A stretch of DNA of 64,000 nt from Ylistrum balloti. Taxonomy: Eukaryota. How positions within the stretch are numbered: position 1 is the stretch's first letter; the number at the start of each line of letters is the position of its first letter. The notes beneath the pieces are model-generated. The model was not told the DNA's origin. It saw only the letters and a list, made by a program, of their open reading frames with translations, and searched no databases. This document shows, one piece after another, positions 1 through 12,900 of the stretch. The stretch lies in contig NW_026782091.1 of the NCBI RefSeq assembly GCF_031769215.1, positions 1,054,001 to 1,118,000 of the forward strand. Direction: 5' to 3'. Both the position numbers and the translations under genes were made by a program.

Positions 1-2334
1 AACCTAAATATTTCAGGTTCAGACGAAAAGAGTTTAGTGGGCTTCTTAATATCACAAGTTTCTTAAATCAGTATATTTGTTCAGTTTTTCTACTATTCCA
101 AAAATAAAGATCATAGGGTGTCCTCACACGTGCCTATTCTTAAAACAAAAGAAGTATAGACCAGGTGTATTTTATACCTGAGTTTCATCGTGTGTGTCAG
201 AAGGTCTATGTGTGTGTTCCTGTGATTGGTGTGCCATGAGTTGTAAATCGCCCTGACCAGTGATGGAGGGACCGTAGGACTTACCACGGATTTTACCCTG
301 CACCCCTTTCTATCCACCTGTAACTCTCTCTAAGATCCCGCCATCAGGACTCGTAAGAGTAAGGACATGCTCTGACTACCATCTATAAAACGTACATATG
401 GGGTCCAACACGAGCATATCGCCCACATGGACGGTTAACCGCTCGTAGCCTGGTAAGTGTACATGTGTATACAGTTGTAGGTATACTTTTGTTTTCTGTT
501 CCATTATAGCATGTTCTACATTTGTGTGTGACTGTTGTATGTTGTAGGTTCTTAATGTTGTAGGTTTTTGTTACACGTCATCAAAACATCTGGAAGAATT
601 CTGGTCTGAGGTCTTCTACCTCAATCACCTCCACCTTGCAGAAAATTATTATGGAAAATTAATCACTCAGAACTTTACCGAAATACTTTAAAACTTACAA
701 CTCATTGATATCTAGGATATTGATCTGATAAAAAAGTTTACCTTTGCAAATGACCTAATTTCAATCTCACAAAAGAAATATTTGTGCTGATGAGTTTGCA
801 CTCGGGCACGACTATATATTTTTTCATCCAGACATGACTTATCTTTTTTAATTTGAACACTGATATCAATTTTGACCTACACAGTAAGTAACTAGGTTGG
901 CTTGCACTTCTAAGACAAGGTATACAAATAGTATGACTGAATAATACTATATTTGATTTTTTTTTTCTTATCCGATCGACTTGTATTATTTTCCTACTAA
1001 AACGCACCTTCACCAATTTTCTCGATCTTGATATAATCCTCCATTGTCTGGCCCTCGATCAAAAATTGTTCCCGTTAACTTAGACGTTTCTGAAACAATA
1101 CAAATTCCATGGTTTATATGATTCACTCAATATCCACAGAATGCCACAAACACATTTGCGATATCATGAAACATGCATTTGAAATAAGTATTATTTTGCT
1201 GTTGTGTTCAGAGCGGAAGTCAATCCGCTCAAGTTTGAACATGTTATAATAACGAACTACGATTCGAGGTCATCAAACTGCTAACAAAAAAACAACAGCA
1301 GACGTATTTCTTGTGTCTGTGATTTGAATAATTATCACACAGGCATATAATGAGAAGAAGTTCTCGATTGAAAGAAAAACTTTCTCAATTTCGAACTTTG
1401 AAAATTAACGAAGTCATTCACTCGGTCGCATGCCTGTGATATTACTTATGAAAATCAAAGTTTCGTGGTGTTTATTGTTTCTATAAACCATAAATACGGA
1501 ATGAGGTGGCTTAATTATAAAATATCGAGATATTATACAACGAACAGATACTTTTCATAGCCCGTGAACAGATAAAAGGGTAAAAATTTAGAAACACATG
1601 TGAAATTACAAACCTTTCTCCACTTCAGAAATACCGCTGTTTCGAATCATCCAATCAAATCCAAGCTTTCAAAATGTAAATAAAATGCATTCAGAAAGCT
1701 TCGGACCTTTACATTTCACTGAGTGCGTGTATGTAAACACACAAGAAATCCGAAGAAGTGGTGTCTTGTGACAGAAACAAGCAGAGAACTGAAAGCTGTT
1801 GAAGTGACAGGTAGAACGATCATTTTACGTGAAAAAAGGTCTACTATCTTACCATATCATTAATCCTTACTCGTTAGAGGTTTCGTATTATCGTAAAAAG
1901 TGTCAATATCTATATATTCTCTATCAATGAGGATAATAAGGCTGTCAACAGAAATGGAACACCACACGTGATTCTGAATCAATGTTTATGTGTTTTATTT
2001 ATTGCCAGTGGCAATTAATTGTTATAAGCTGAACATTTTGTTATTCACTACCTCATCTTATAAATTCAACAATTTAAAATGTTAGATAAGTATCAAGGCA
2101 GAAAATATGTGAGCTGATTTGTCAAATATGTACTGAACAATATATCCATAAAAAAATATTTGGATATATATTACATATATAAAATAGATCTATGCATTCG
2201 GTAAAAAGGATTGCCGTTATTATTATTTACGCCAAACCTACTCCTCTCTAGATTAATAAACAAAAAGAAAAATGGTGAAAAATATGTAGACTGTAAGAAA
2301 TGTTCAACTACATAATTTAATTTTTCAGGTCAAA

Positions 2335-4965
2335 ATGTCTGCAGGTGAACCTCCCCCTTATCAGGAAGTTACTGGTCAACAAGGTAATTAAAAGAAAACC
2401 AAAGGCAATAAAAAATGAAATTGAGACTGATATAATATTAAAACATGTATGTGAAATAATGGTTTAATATCCACTACTCTGAATTATTCAGATGTTCTAT
2501 CAATATCATTGAGACAGATCAGAGAAAAATGGTAGAACATCAGAATGGAATTAATTGCCACTGATACGACAGCAATAGATTAGAGTCTTGCTATTTCACA
2601 TATAAAGACTCCAGGCCCCACTTGTATAAAACATCTCAACTTGAGATTTCCTCAAGTTGAGATTTTCTTCAGCTGATATCTCCTTGAAAATATCTTGTAT
2701 GAAAATTCCTGAAGGAATTTCAGGACATCCTAGCCGATGCCTTCCTCCTGTTCTTTGAGAAAATTTTATACAAGCAGTTTTTGATATCAGCTGAGGAAAA
2801 TCTCGACTTGAGGAAATCTCAAGTTGAGATGTTTTATACAAGTGGAGCCAGGACCTGTACTTAAGATCAGTTTTTGATTTGATATAAAGAGTAAATGAAT
2901 CAATACACAACTATTGGAAATGTATATTAAAATTTAATTGTGAAATAATCAAATTAAGCAGGGATAAATATTTCTACCCATGATAGTGTGATTGTGGGAA
3001 AGATTTTGCAAAACGATTCTCCAACAATCTCATTGTGATTGAAGGAAAAAATTTTTATTCAGTTATTTGGTGAATAACACTATTCCTAACTACAATTTTG
3101 AACTGTATACTTGTTTCTTATAGGTTATGGCACAGTACCAGGAGCAGCACCACCATACCCTCAACCAGGGAAATATCCAGGTGGCCCACAGCATCCCCAA
3201 GGAGGATATACCAACCCTGCAGGACCCCCAGCAGGGGCCTACACCGGTGCCCCCTACACCAATAATACTGGGGCACCCTATACTAACCCACAGCAGGCAG
3301 GGTACCAACAGGGATATCAAAACTACACAAGCAGTAATGTGATTGTCCAACAACAACCTGCTTCTCAAGTGGTCATTGTGGGAGGCTGTCCAGCGTGCAG
3401 GGTGAGTTAAAATACTGATCAAATTGTGGAGATCATGACAGATCAGCTCTTCAATGGGGTTGTTTGACATTGTGTTACCCAATCTTTAAGTTTTATTCCT
3501 TTTTTGTTTTAGGAATGATTTTAGCTTGTAATCTGCTTCACTTATGCATTGGTAAACATTATGTTTGTTGATTGGTACATTTTAGGTGAGTTGTCATGAA
3601 CTACTTTGTCTAATCTTTCTTTCCTTACCATGCTTGTCAAGTCTCCAGTTTTGAAATGGGATTATATCAGAGTTTTTAGAATACAAACTGATCATTTCAA
3701 CAAGAGGCCCAAGGGGCCTGCATCACTTACCTGACAAATTCAGCTGATCATTCATTTAACAAAGAATTTCAAAAATGACAAAATAATTTCAAAACAGATT
3801 TCCTTATCGAGTCCTGGCTTTGTGGTCAAACAGAAGTTAGGTTCACAATTTATAAAAATTGCTTCAGACCAAACATGGACAATATCCTTGTACAAAAAAG
3901 GATTTGTAAGAACTTGCATTTTCTCTATTGGACCCCATGCCTCTGATGTCAGATTCCTGGTTGATACAATATTAGGTCCCTTTCAACTAGATTTGATTCA
4001 GACCAAATAAGGGCGAAATCAAGGCATTCCTGCAAAAGAAGGATTTTAGAGAATTTCCTCTATTTCCACCTTTGAACCCACCCAGAGGGCTGTGGCCAAC
4101 CATTTATAAATATTGATTCCCCTTCACCAAAGCATGCTTCAGACCAAATAAGGACAGAATCCTGATACTTCTATTTGTTTCCCTTTTACCCAATAATGCT
4201 TCAGACCAAATAAAGACAACATTCAGGAGTTCTTACAAGAGAAGGATTTAAAAAAATGCTCCATTTCCCCTATTGGGCCCAGCCTGTCCCACCCAATGGG
4301 GCCAAAACCCATCATTTTTACAAGATTTATTCCCCTTTACCAATGAATGCTCCAGACCAAATTTTGGGAAAATCCAAATCATTTCTACAGGAGAGGTAGG
4401 ATTTGAAGAAGTTGCTCTTTTTTCCCAATTGGGCCCTGCCCATCAGGACCCGTGGGACAGAGGCTTCTGACCAAATTTGGGCAATATCCATTCATTCCCA
4501 CAAGAGGAGTAAGATTTTAAAGAACTTGCAAAGTTTTTCTAGTTGAGCCTCTGGGGGACGACAATCAATATTTTTACAAGAAAAGATGACAAAATGTGAT
4601 TTTTAGTAATAATTTGACAGACGATAGATAATGGATGCCAGAAGGGCACGAGGGACACTGCGCCATGCCATAAGTTCACAAGTCCTTGTGACTTGGTGAA
4701 TTAACATTGATTATGTTCCCACCTTCAATTAAACAAGACATTGCAAGCAAATTTCTGTTCCCACCTGTAAAGCATGATGTTTAAGGTATCTATGTATTTA
4801 AACATTACTAAAGGTGCCTGTTCCTGTCTACAGGTTGGAGTGTTAGAAGAAGATTACACCTGCCTCGGTGTATTGTGTGCCATTCTGTTCTTTCCTCTTG
4901 GAGTTCTGTGTTGCCTAGCAATGAGACAAAGACGATGTCCAAGCTGTGGAGCTGTGTTCGACTGA
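2335..4965 (+). CDS. BRI3: Brain protein I3 (BRI3)-like, 152 aa; coding exons 2335-2383, 3124-3401, 4834-4965
   Basis: All junctions are GT-AG and keep frame (phases 1, 0). The protein has a Pro/Gly/Tyr-rich N-terminus (MSAGEPPPYQEV...) followed by the BRI3 signature [49 protein letters not shown]. An acceptor 6 nt before the ATG implies a non-coding first exon; a candidate donor is at 1810/1811. Confidence 0.93.
3699..4703 (-). mobile_element. Non-autonomous Helentron/HINE (pearl/DINE-1-like) element
   Basis: One end reads AACAAGAGGCCCAAGGGGCCT...TCACTTACCTG (terminal palindrome plus subterminal repeat); the other reads GGTGAATTAA. Internal degenerate repeats carry CAGACCAAAT. The same termini recur at 7279, 10440 and 17319. 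Lies in BRI3 coding intron 2. Confidence 0.6.
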
Positions 4966-5590
4966 GGTGCCCAAACATTCTAGTGGGGCTTTGATGTTCC
5001 TAGCATGTTCAACCTGAAACACTGATTAATTAAATACAATTTTGTTTGTGTCTTTTGAATTTAATTGGATTTCATTTGTGGGAAACTTGAATTTAATTTC
5101 ATCTTCAATATCTGTTTCTCAGTTTTAAGAAACTTATAGTGAATTCTGACACAAAAATATTTGTCTTTTTTAGTTAATTTTTTTTTTAACTTTCGGATGC
5201 TTGACAAAATTTATTTCTTGAAAAGTTAATATTCAGAGTTGAAGACGACAGTAAATCAAATTTCAAAAAATGTTATGGATGTGTTAAATCCATTAGAAAG
5301 TATAATGGTCGAATGCTTTTTCATTTACCTCAATTTGCATCACAAAGAAAGGTATTAAAAGGTAAATTCTGATAATTTGATTTATGAAAAGCATGGCATG
5401 ATATTTCTAGGAGTACTTAAGATTTATATAGCATTTTTAACTCTATAAATAAAAAAAAATGTGTGAAAAATTACCAGAAAGTTAAGATAATTTCTAAATA
5501 CCAATTATTATTATTATTATCATTATTAGGTGAGGTAGCTTATAACTTTAAAGATCAGAAAGAGATTAAAACATTTAATGTTTTCTTTGT

Positions 5591-5643
5591 TGTATGTATG
5601 TATGTATGTATGTGTATGTATGTATGTAGGTATGTATGTATGT
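5591..5643 (+). repeat. (TATG)n microsatellite
   Basis: Direct reading of about 13 imperfect TATG units. Confidence 0.85.
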
Positions 5644-7278
5644 ATATTGTTTGAATGAAAAAGAATGATGGGTATATGGCAGAATAGTTCAAATATTTGA
5701 TGGGATTATTATAGAAAAAGAACATGTTAGAATTTTTTTTTAAATAATTGAGATCAGTTATTTACCTTTTTTTAAAATTAAAGTAAGATCACTGAAAAAT
5801 GAAGAGATTTGATGCAAAATGGTCCTGGCATAGAAGTGCACATGTTGTGTTTGAAAAGTTACATCCTCATCCAGACCTGAAAAAACACGGGATCATAATT
5901 TTTATGCAGAGTAAAGGATAAATACACAGGTGTGTATGCTGTTCACTAAATTTTTTGCTGGGGTTGCTTTTTCATTACTTCATTAAGCTTGTTTTCTGTT
6001 GATTTCATTATTTACACATATAGTAAATTCTGTCCGGCTTATAACAGTGCAAACATGCTATGGTGAAATCAGGGCCTTGCAAACGCTTGTAAATAGCTTG
6101 ATTTTCTGCAAATTTAATATCATTGTTTAAATGGTAAATTGAGGTGTACAATTCCCATAAAAACATAAGTAGATAATTTTGTACAATTTTCTGCAAAAGC
6201 ATCTTTTGAAACCCTAATGCGTGCAGTATTATCCCTTTAAGGAATATCTTATTAGCATTTTATGAAGGAACTCTTAATTTTTTCTTCTTGCAGATCTGTA
6301 ACTTGCTTTGCTGAAACAATAGCATCAAATAATGAAAAAAAATTTCTGGAACAGATAGTTTGAGGGATGTATAAAAAGATTATCATACGTTCCTGATAGT
6401 AGTGAAGATTATTGCCAATAGTTATGTATTAGTTTGATATGAAAATTTGAGTCTTGTATATAATGTAAACTTTGTGATCTGTGTTGAAAAAAATATAGTG
6501 GGTACCCAATAAACATGTTTTCGACGTATATGTCTGCAAAAAAAATGATTGTAAATTGAATTTTAATAGTAAAGTACACGTGTTCCTTCTAAAAACTATC
6601 AATAGTTTACTTTGCATATTGAGCTGAGGTTTTACAGAAGTTTATCAATAAGATAAATTGATGTTGAGTTTCTCTGCAGAGATTGTGTTAATTTTAATGT
6701 GAGCTTGTATTTACAGTAATAGTGCAATAAGGATGTTTTCTCTTACTAATGTATAGATTGTTTAAAATGTGTATTAAATTACTTTACATCCAATGATCAC
6801 ATATAAGCATGTATGGATAATTTGTGCATGAAAATATTTTATCTATTAGAATTCATAGTGATGTGTGTTTAAGGAGGTACCAATAAGGGTTTCACATCAA
6901 CTATACAAGCAGACCCCCATATAAACCTATAGTTCTGACATCCAATAGTATCAGGCTGTTCATGCTTTAGAGATCTCGGAGTTCAAAAATCTAAAACTGC
7001 TGAAATTTTACTGATACTGATCATGTGCAATTTTTCAAGAAGAACATTATTTCTAAAAATAGATAACACAACTTATACCTAATCCCCGCTTACTTGTTCT
7101 TGGACATCTTTGTGTTCTAAATGACAATGCTTTGTCACCATTTTGTGGATTTGCATCATTTCCATTCTTTGATTGTAGGGTAGTACATTATTTAATTGCT
7201 TAATGTATAGTTAAAAGAGTCAGAATGATTTAAACCAACATTTACTGAATTAGGGATTTATAACCAGAGAGCAAAATG

Positions 7279-7760
7279 TTTTAGCTCACTTGGCCCAAAG
7301 GCAGGAGGGGCAGGGACTAATAGGGTAAAGAGAGCAACTTCTTTGAAATTCTACTTCTCCTGTAGGAATGATTAGATTTTGATCAGATTTGGTCTGGACC
7401 AATCTTTGGCAAAGATAAATCAATTTTGTATAAACAGTGGGTCTTGACCCCTCAGACTGGAAGGGAGAGGCCCTGTGGTGGAAATAGTGCAAATTCCTAC
7501 TTGTAGGAATGATTGGTTTTTGTCCAAATTTGGTCTGAAGTATTCTTACATTAAGGGAAATCAATATTGTATAAATCGTGGTTCTCAGCCCCCTGTGACA
7601 GGAGGGGAAGGGCTCAATTGGGAGAATAGAGCAAATTCTTTGAAATCTTGCTCCTCCTGTAGGAATGATTGAATTTTGGCCAAATTTGGTCAAAACATTG
7701 TTTGGAAAAGAAGAATCAAGTCTACCAGGTGAGCAATATAGGCCCTATGGACCTTTTGTT
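7279..7760 (+). mobile_element. Non-autonomous Helentron/HINE-like element, both termini present
   Basis: Starts TTTTAGCTCACTTGGCCCAAAGG and ends CCAGGTGAGCAATATAGGCCCTATGGACCTTTTGTT (subterminal inverted repeat plus short hairpin). Internal degenerate units contain CTCCTGTAGGAATGATT. Confidence 0.7.
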
Positions 7761-9496
7761 TTTGGCTCAACATTTCTAGTTTGTTTAGAGCAGGATTTTG
7801 TCCGATTTTGTACTAAAGGTTGTGAAGGAAGACTAATTTATTTCTCTCAATCACTTAGATTTTGTGAATACTTTACAAATTTATCGCTTTAGACATATTC
7901 ACAAATACATGATTTTACAAACAGTGGTCTAGATATGACTTAAGATTCACGAATTGGGCTTTTAGATATATGGATCCTGATATCGGCAACAGAATCAGCA
8001 TGGATTTTATTAATAGTTAATTTCCGACAAATAATCGTGAGGGATTTGAATTAGGATGGGTTCTATCTAAACAGATCCCCACTTAGACCAAATAGTTGAT
8101 CAGTTGTATAAGGTAGGGTCTTTGTTGAAATCATAGCATTGAGAAGTGTTTATGTATGAACAACATTGTAAAAATTTAGTGATATTACATGCAATAAATT
8201 AAGGACATCATTCTAAAATTATTTCATTAATAGTCCATAATTTACGTGCTTACTGGTATACAAGGCTAGTTTAATAAGATTATTTTCACTGATGTTTAGG
8301 AAGCACATGACCAGATAATCTGATCAGTTAGACAAGGAATCAATTTGTATGATTTAGGTCCACTCAGTTTATTTGTTAAATACAGGTATCCAGGTGTTAT
8401 TGGATATCACAGACAACATCTTACGTACAGTATCAGATTATAGATTTCATTTTGTTCATCACCCACTTTAGACTGAAGCATGTTTGATATGGCAGCTGAG
8501 TATTCTGACATTTTGTGAAATTTTACTTGCAACTGTAATCCTAATTCTTATGTAATCTGCATGTACTTATGTTCTGAAACTGTTCTTTACAAAACCTTTG
8601 TTTATCTCGAGTGTCCTGTCAGACATGTTTCTCATTCCATGGAAATGATTTTCATCAAGGAATTATTGACATTCACCCCTTCGTTTTATCCACATCAAAT
8701 GTAAATATAAATATGATTTTTAATTAATCACATAATCATGTTATACAGTTTAAATTTGTTGAAATAAATCTTGCCCAGAGCACCATTGTTTGCTGTACAT
8801 AATTTGTTATATTGTCCATTGAACATCTTTTTTCCTCGTACATAGAAAGGGACCCAAAATTTCTGTCCCGTCACACCTGTTTGATACTTTCAATGCGAAA
8901 TTTGGCAACAAGTGATGTGACAATTTCAATTGTCTTTCTATCACACAACTGCAAAGGGAGGTGAAATAAATAGAAGAACTGGGAATTGAAGCTAGTTGAT
9001 ATGCAATTTTGACACAATGTACGATAAAAAGAATTTATTTACCAGTATATGTACGTTCAATATCAATTCATCTGTCAAGGACCGACATTTTGCAAAAGAA
9101 AATTTGTTCAAGGTAATGCCAAGAATGAGATGTTACAGAATGTCAGCCTGAGACTGAAATCAACTTCAAACATCTACAAGTAACAGATTCTGTTAATCCC
9201 TAACATTTCTTCTGTATTTCACATGTCCATTATGGTGTTTTCAGGGGAGATATTCCACTGTAGCATTATACAGGGAGGATTCTGATAGTTAACATAGGTC
9301 CATGATGATCATTTAAATCACCAGACACTAATATACAAATGTCATAGTTTTGTGACTAATCAGCACTGATGAACTTCAACACTGACAAGTTTTATAAGTT
9401 TCTTGTTTGATAAAGTTCACTTTTTGAACTTTCAAAAATGGTTTCCTGTCATCATTTACACAGGGTATGTCACTCTCTCTCTCTCTCTCTCTCTAG

Positions 9497-9935
9497 GTTT
9501 TGGTGAGAAAGAAACTCCTGTTGAAAGCCCCTGATCTCTTTCTCAATGGGTTTCTCTGAGACAGGAACTCATGTTGGAAGCCACTGTTATGTCATTTGGT
9601 TGCTTTGAGGTTGAAACTTCTATTGGAAGCCCTTGTTGTCTCATTTGGTTTCTCTGAGACAGAATCTCCTGTTGTCTTTGGGTTGCCCTAAGACGGAAAC
9701 ATCTCTTGAGAGCCCCTGATGTGTATCTCTCAGGGTTTCTCGAGAAAGAAACTCCCACTTAGAGCCCCTGTGGTCTCTTTTGCAAAGTTGCTCTGAGATT
9801 GAAACTACAGTTTGGAGTCCCTGTTGTCTCTCTCTCTTGATTCCTCTCAGACAGAAGCTCTCATGTAGAGCACCTGTTGTCTCTGTAGTTGGGTTGCTCA
9901 GAGATGGAAACACCTGCTAGGAACCGCTGTCTCAT
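9497..9935. repeat. Degenerate 45-52 bp tandem repeat, about 9 units, in the probable PDCD2L 3' UTR
   Basis: Recurring CTGAGAnnGAAACT...GAAGCCCCTGTTGTCTC motif beginning about 30 nt past the PDCD2L stop; preceded by a (CT)n tract at 9472-9495. Confidence 0.65.
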
Positions 9936-9965
9936 CGTAACTTAGGAATTCTGTTAGTGCTGCCT

Positions 9966-12900
9966 TTATTGCCTGAAAAGTTTACTATCAGGATCAGGCT
10001 GCACAAAGGTGACCTCTTGTACGGTGACATCAGTGTCCCTCCAACAGCTACCTTGACAACTGTACACAATTACTGTACCAAACTCAATCACCAGATCTGT
10101 AAAGGCAGGTAAATATCACTTGGTTAGAAACATTGGGAAAATACAAGGAAAATGAAGTTTTATCATCGATACCACCATGTCGCCTTTAATGCATTTAATC
10201 TATTTCAAGCTTGATATGAATAAGACACAACCAAATTAAATACCATTAAGCAAAATTTTCCACCTTTCAGTACTTGCTTCACTTCGTCAATTAGACCCGA
10301 GGGGGCCAAGGATTCTGAGGTCCTGGGAGGCTGGGACACATCATTTATACAAAATGTGTTTCCTATTCCCCTGAAAATACTTGTGACCAAATTTGGTCGA
10401 AATCTGCTCAGTCGTTCACGACTGGTGGCAATTTTAATTAACAAGAGATCTCAGAGGGATCTTGGCACCTACCATTGTTTGATCTTTATATTCTTTAAAA
10501 GTTGGGTCTTTTCTCTTCTTTCCTGTGTTTTTGCTCTTACTGATAAAAATTTGAATATTCCTCTCCAGAAATAATCTTTAACTGCCAAATCCATGATGGT
10601 CATTTGTCAGCCATTTTGTTTTTCTGGTCAGTCTCAAAATCAAACAGGCACAACAAGGGACTAAGGGGAACCTACATATGAAATTTGAGAGAGATCCATT
10701 TGGTACTTCTCAAGAAATTGTGATAACAAACTTATTTGTAAAGATACAGCCATTTTGTTCTTCTTCAGATCCCATATCAAACTGACACAACTAGGAACCA
10801 ACACAAACCCTCTTTTGAAATTTGAGAAAGATCTATCCAATACTTCTCAAGAAATAACAATAACAAAAACTGTTTACAAATGGACAGATGAACTGACAGA
10901 CCACACAAAAGAGCAATTTGAATACCCCAACATCTGTGGATAGTGGGCTAAAAATTTGACAGATGACAAACACCACACTATGGTATAAGCTGCATGGTCG
11001 TTTGGACCAGGTGAACTAAAAATATTCCTGTTGTCAATCATTTACCTTATCAGATATTGTATTACTTACTGTTGACAATGTTGGTAGGGTTTAGCAGGTA
11101 TGGTATAGACAATTGCACCCACGGTTCTTCATCAGAATTAGTTAATGATATTTAACAAGAGTCCCAAGGGCCTTAATGGTAATCAGTTATAATTCTGTAA
11201 ATGTTCCTTGTAGCATGTCAGAGAAATTATCTTGACAAAGTAAAATAACTTGAACTATATATAGTACACATAATGCCAATGTAAAATGTGCAAACTATTC
11301 TAACCATGTTTGAGTTAAGAAATCAACAAAATACATGACTCTTCACCTGATATGTCTCCCTCCCTTCATTCAACATAATACACAACTCTTCACCTGATAT
11401 GTTTCCCTTCATTCAACATAACACATGACACTTCACCTGACATGTCTCCCTTCATTCATTCAACATAATACATGACTCTTCACCTGACATGTCTCCCTCC
11501 CTTCATTCAACATAATACATGACTCTTCACCTGACATGTCTCCCTCCCTTCATTCAACATAATACATGACTCTTCACCTGACATGTCTCCCTCCCTTCAT
11601 TCAACATAATACATGACTCTTCACCTGATATGTCTCCCTCCCTTCATTCAACATAATACACGACTCTTCACCTGATATGTCTCCCTTCATTCAACATAAT
11701 ACATGACTCTTCACCTGACATGTCTCCCTCCCTTCATTCAACATAACACATGACTCTTCACCTGATATGTCTCCCTCCCTTCATTCAACATAACACATGA
11801 CTCTTCACCTGATATGTCTCCCTTCATTCAACATAACACATGACTCTTCACCTGACATGTCTCCCTCCCTTCATTCAACATAATACATGACTCTTCACCT
11901 GACATGTCTCCCTCCCTTCATTCAACATAATACACCTGATATGACTCTTCATCATTCCATAATACATGACTCTTCACCTGATATGTCTCCCTCCCTTCAT
12001 TCAACATAATACATGACTCTTCACCTGATATGTCTCCCTTCATTCAACATTCACATGACTCTTCACCTGACATGTCTCCTCCCTTCATTCAACATCACCT
12101 GACATGTCTCCCTCCCTTCATTCAACATAATACATGACTCTTCACCTGACATGTCTCCCTCCCTTCATTCAACATAATACATGACTCTTCACCTGACATG
12201 TCTCCCTCCCTTCATTCAACATAACACATGACTCTTCACCTGACGTGTCTCCCTCCCTTCATTCAACATAATACATGACTCTTCACCTGACATGTCTCCC
12301 TCCCTTCATTCAACATAATACATGACTCTTCACCTGACATGTCTCCCTCCCTTCATTCAACATAACACATGACTCTTCACCTGATATGTCTCCCTTCATT
12401 CATTCAACATAACACACGACTCTTCACCTGATATGTCTCCCTCCCTTCATTCAACATAACACATGACTCTTCACCTGATATGTCTCCCTCCCTTCATTCA
12501 ACATAATACATGACTCTTCACCTGATATGTCTCCCTCCCTTCATTCAACATAATACATGACTCTTCACCTGATATGTCTCCCTCCCTTCATTCAACATAA
12601 TACACGACTCTTCACCTGATATGTCTCCCTTCATTCAACATAACACATGACTCTTCACCTGATATGTCTCCCTTCATTCAACATAACACACGACTCTTCA
12701 CCTGACATGTCTCCCTCCCTTCATTCAACATAATACACGACTCTTCACCTGACGTGTCTCCCTCCCTTCATTCAACATAATACATGACTCTTCACCTGAC
12801 ATGTCTCCCTCCCTTCATTCAACATAATACACGACTCTTCACCTGACATGTCTCCCTCCCTTCATTCAACATAATACACGACTCTTCACCTGATATGTCT

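Noticed and set aside
111-330. Possible LINE endonuclease remnant (GDFN-like after removing one base) on the minus strand
   Set aside because: A single short motif that requires an assumed indel is insufficient.
11040-11135. Minus-strand open stretch ending in a strong GTAAGT donor inside PDCD2L intron 5
   Set aside because: No convincing acceptor, and PDCD2L exons 5 and 6 already join in frame into a complete domain.
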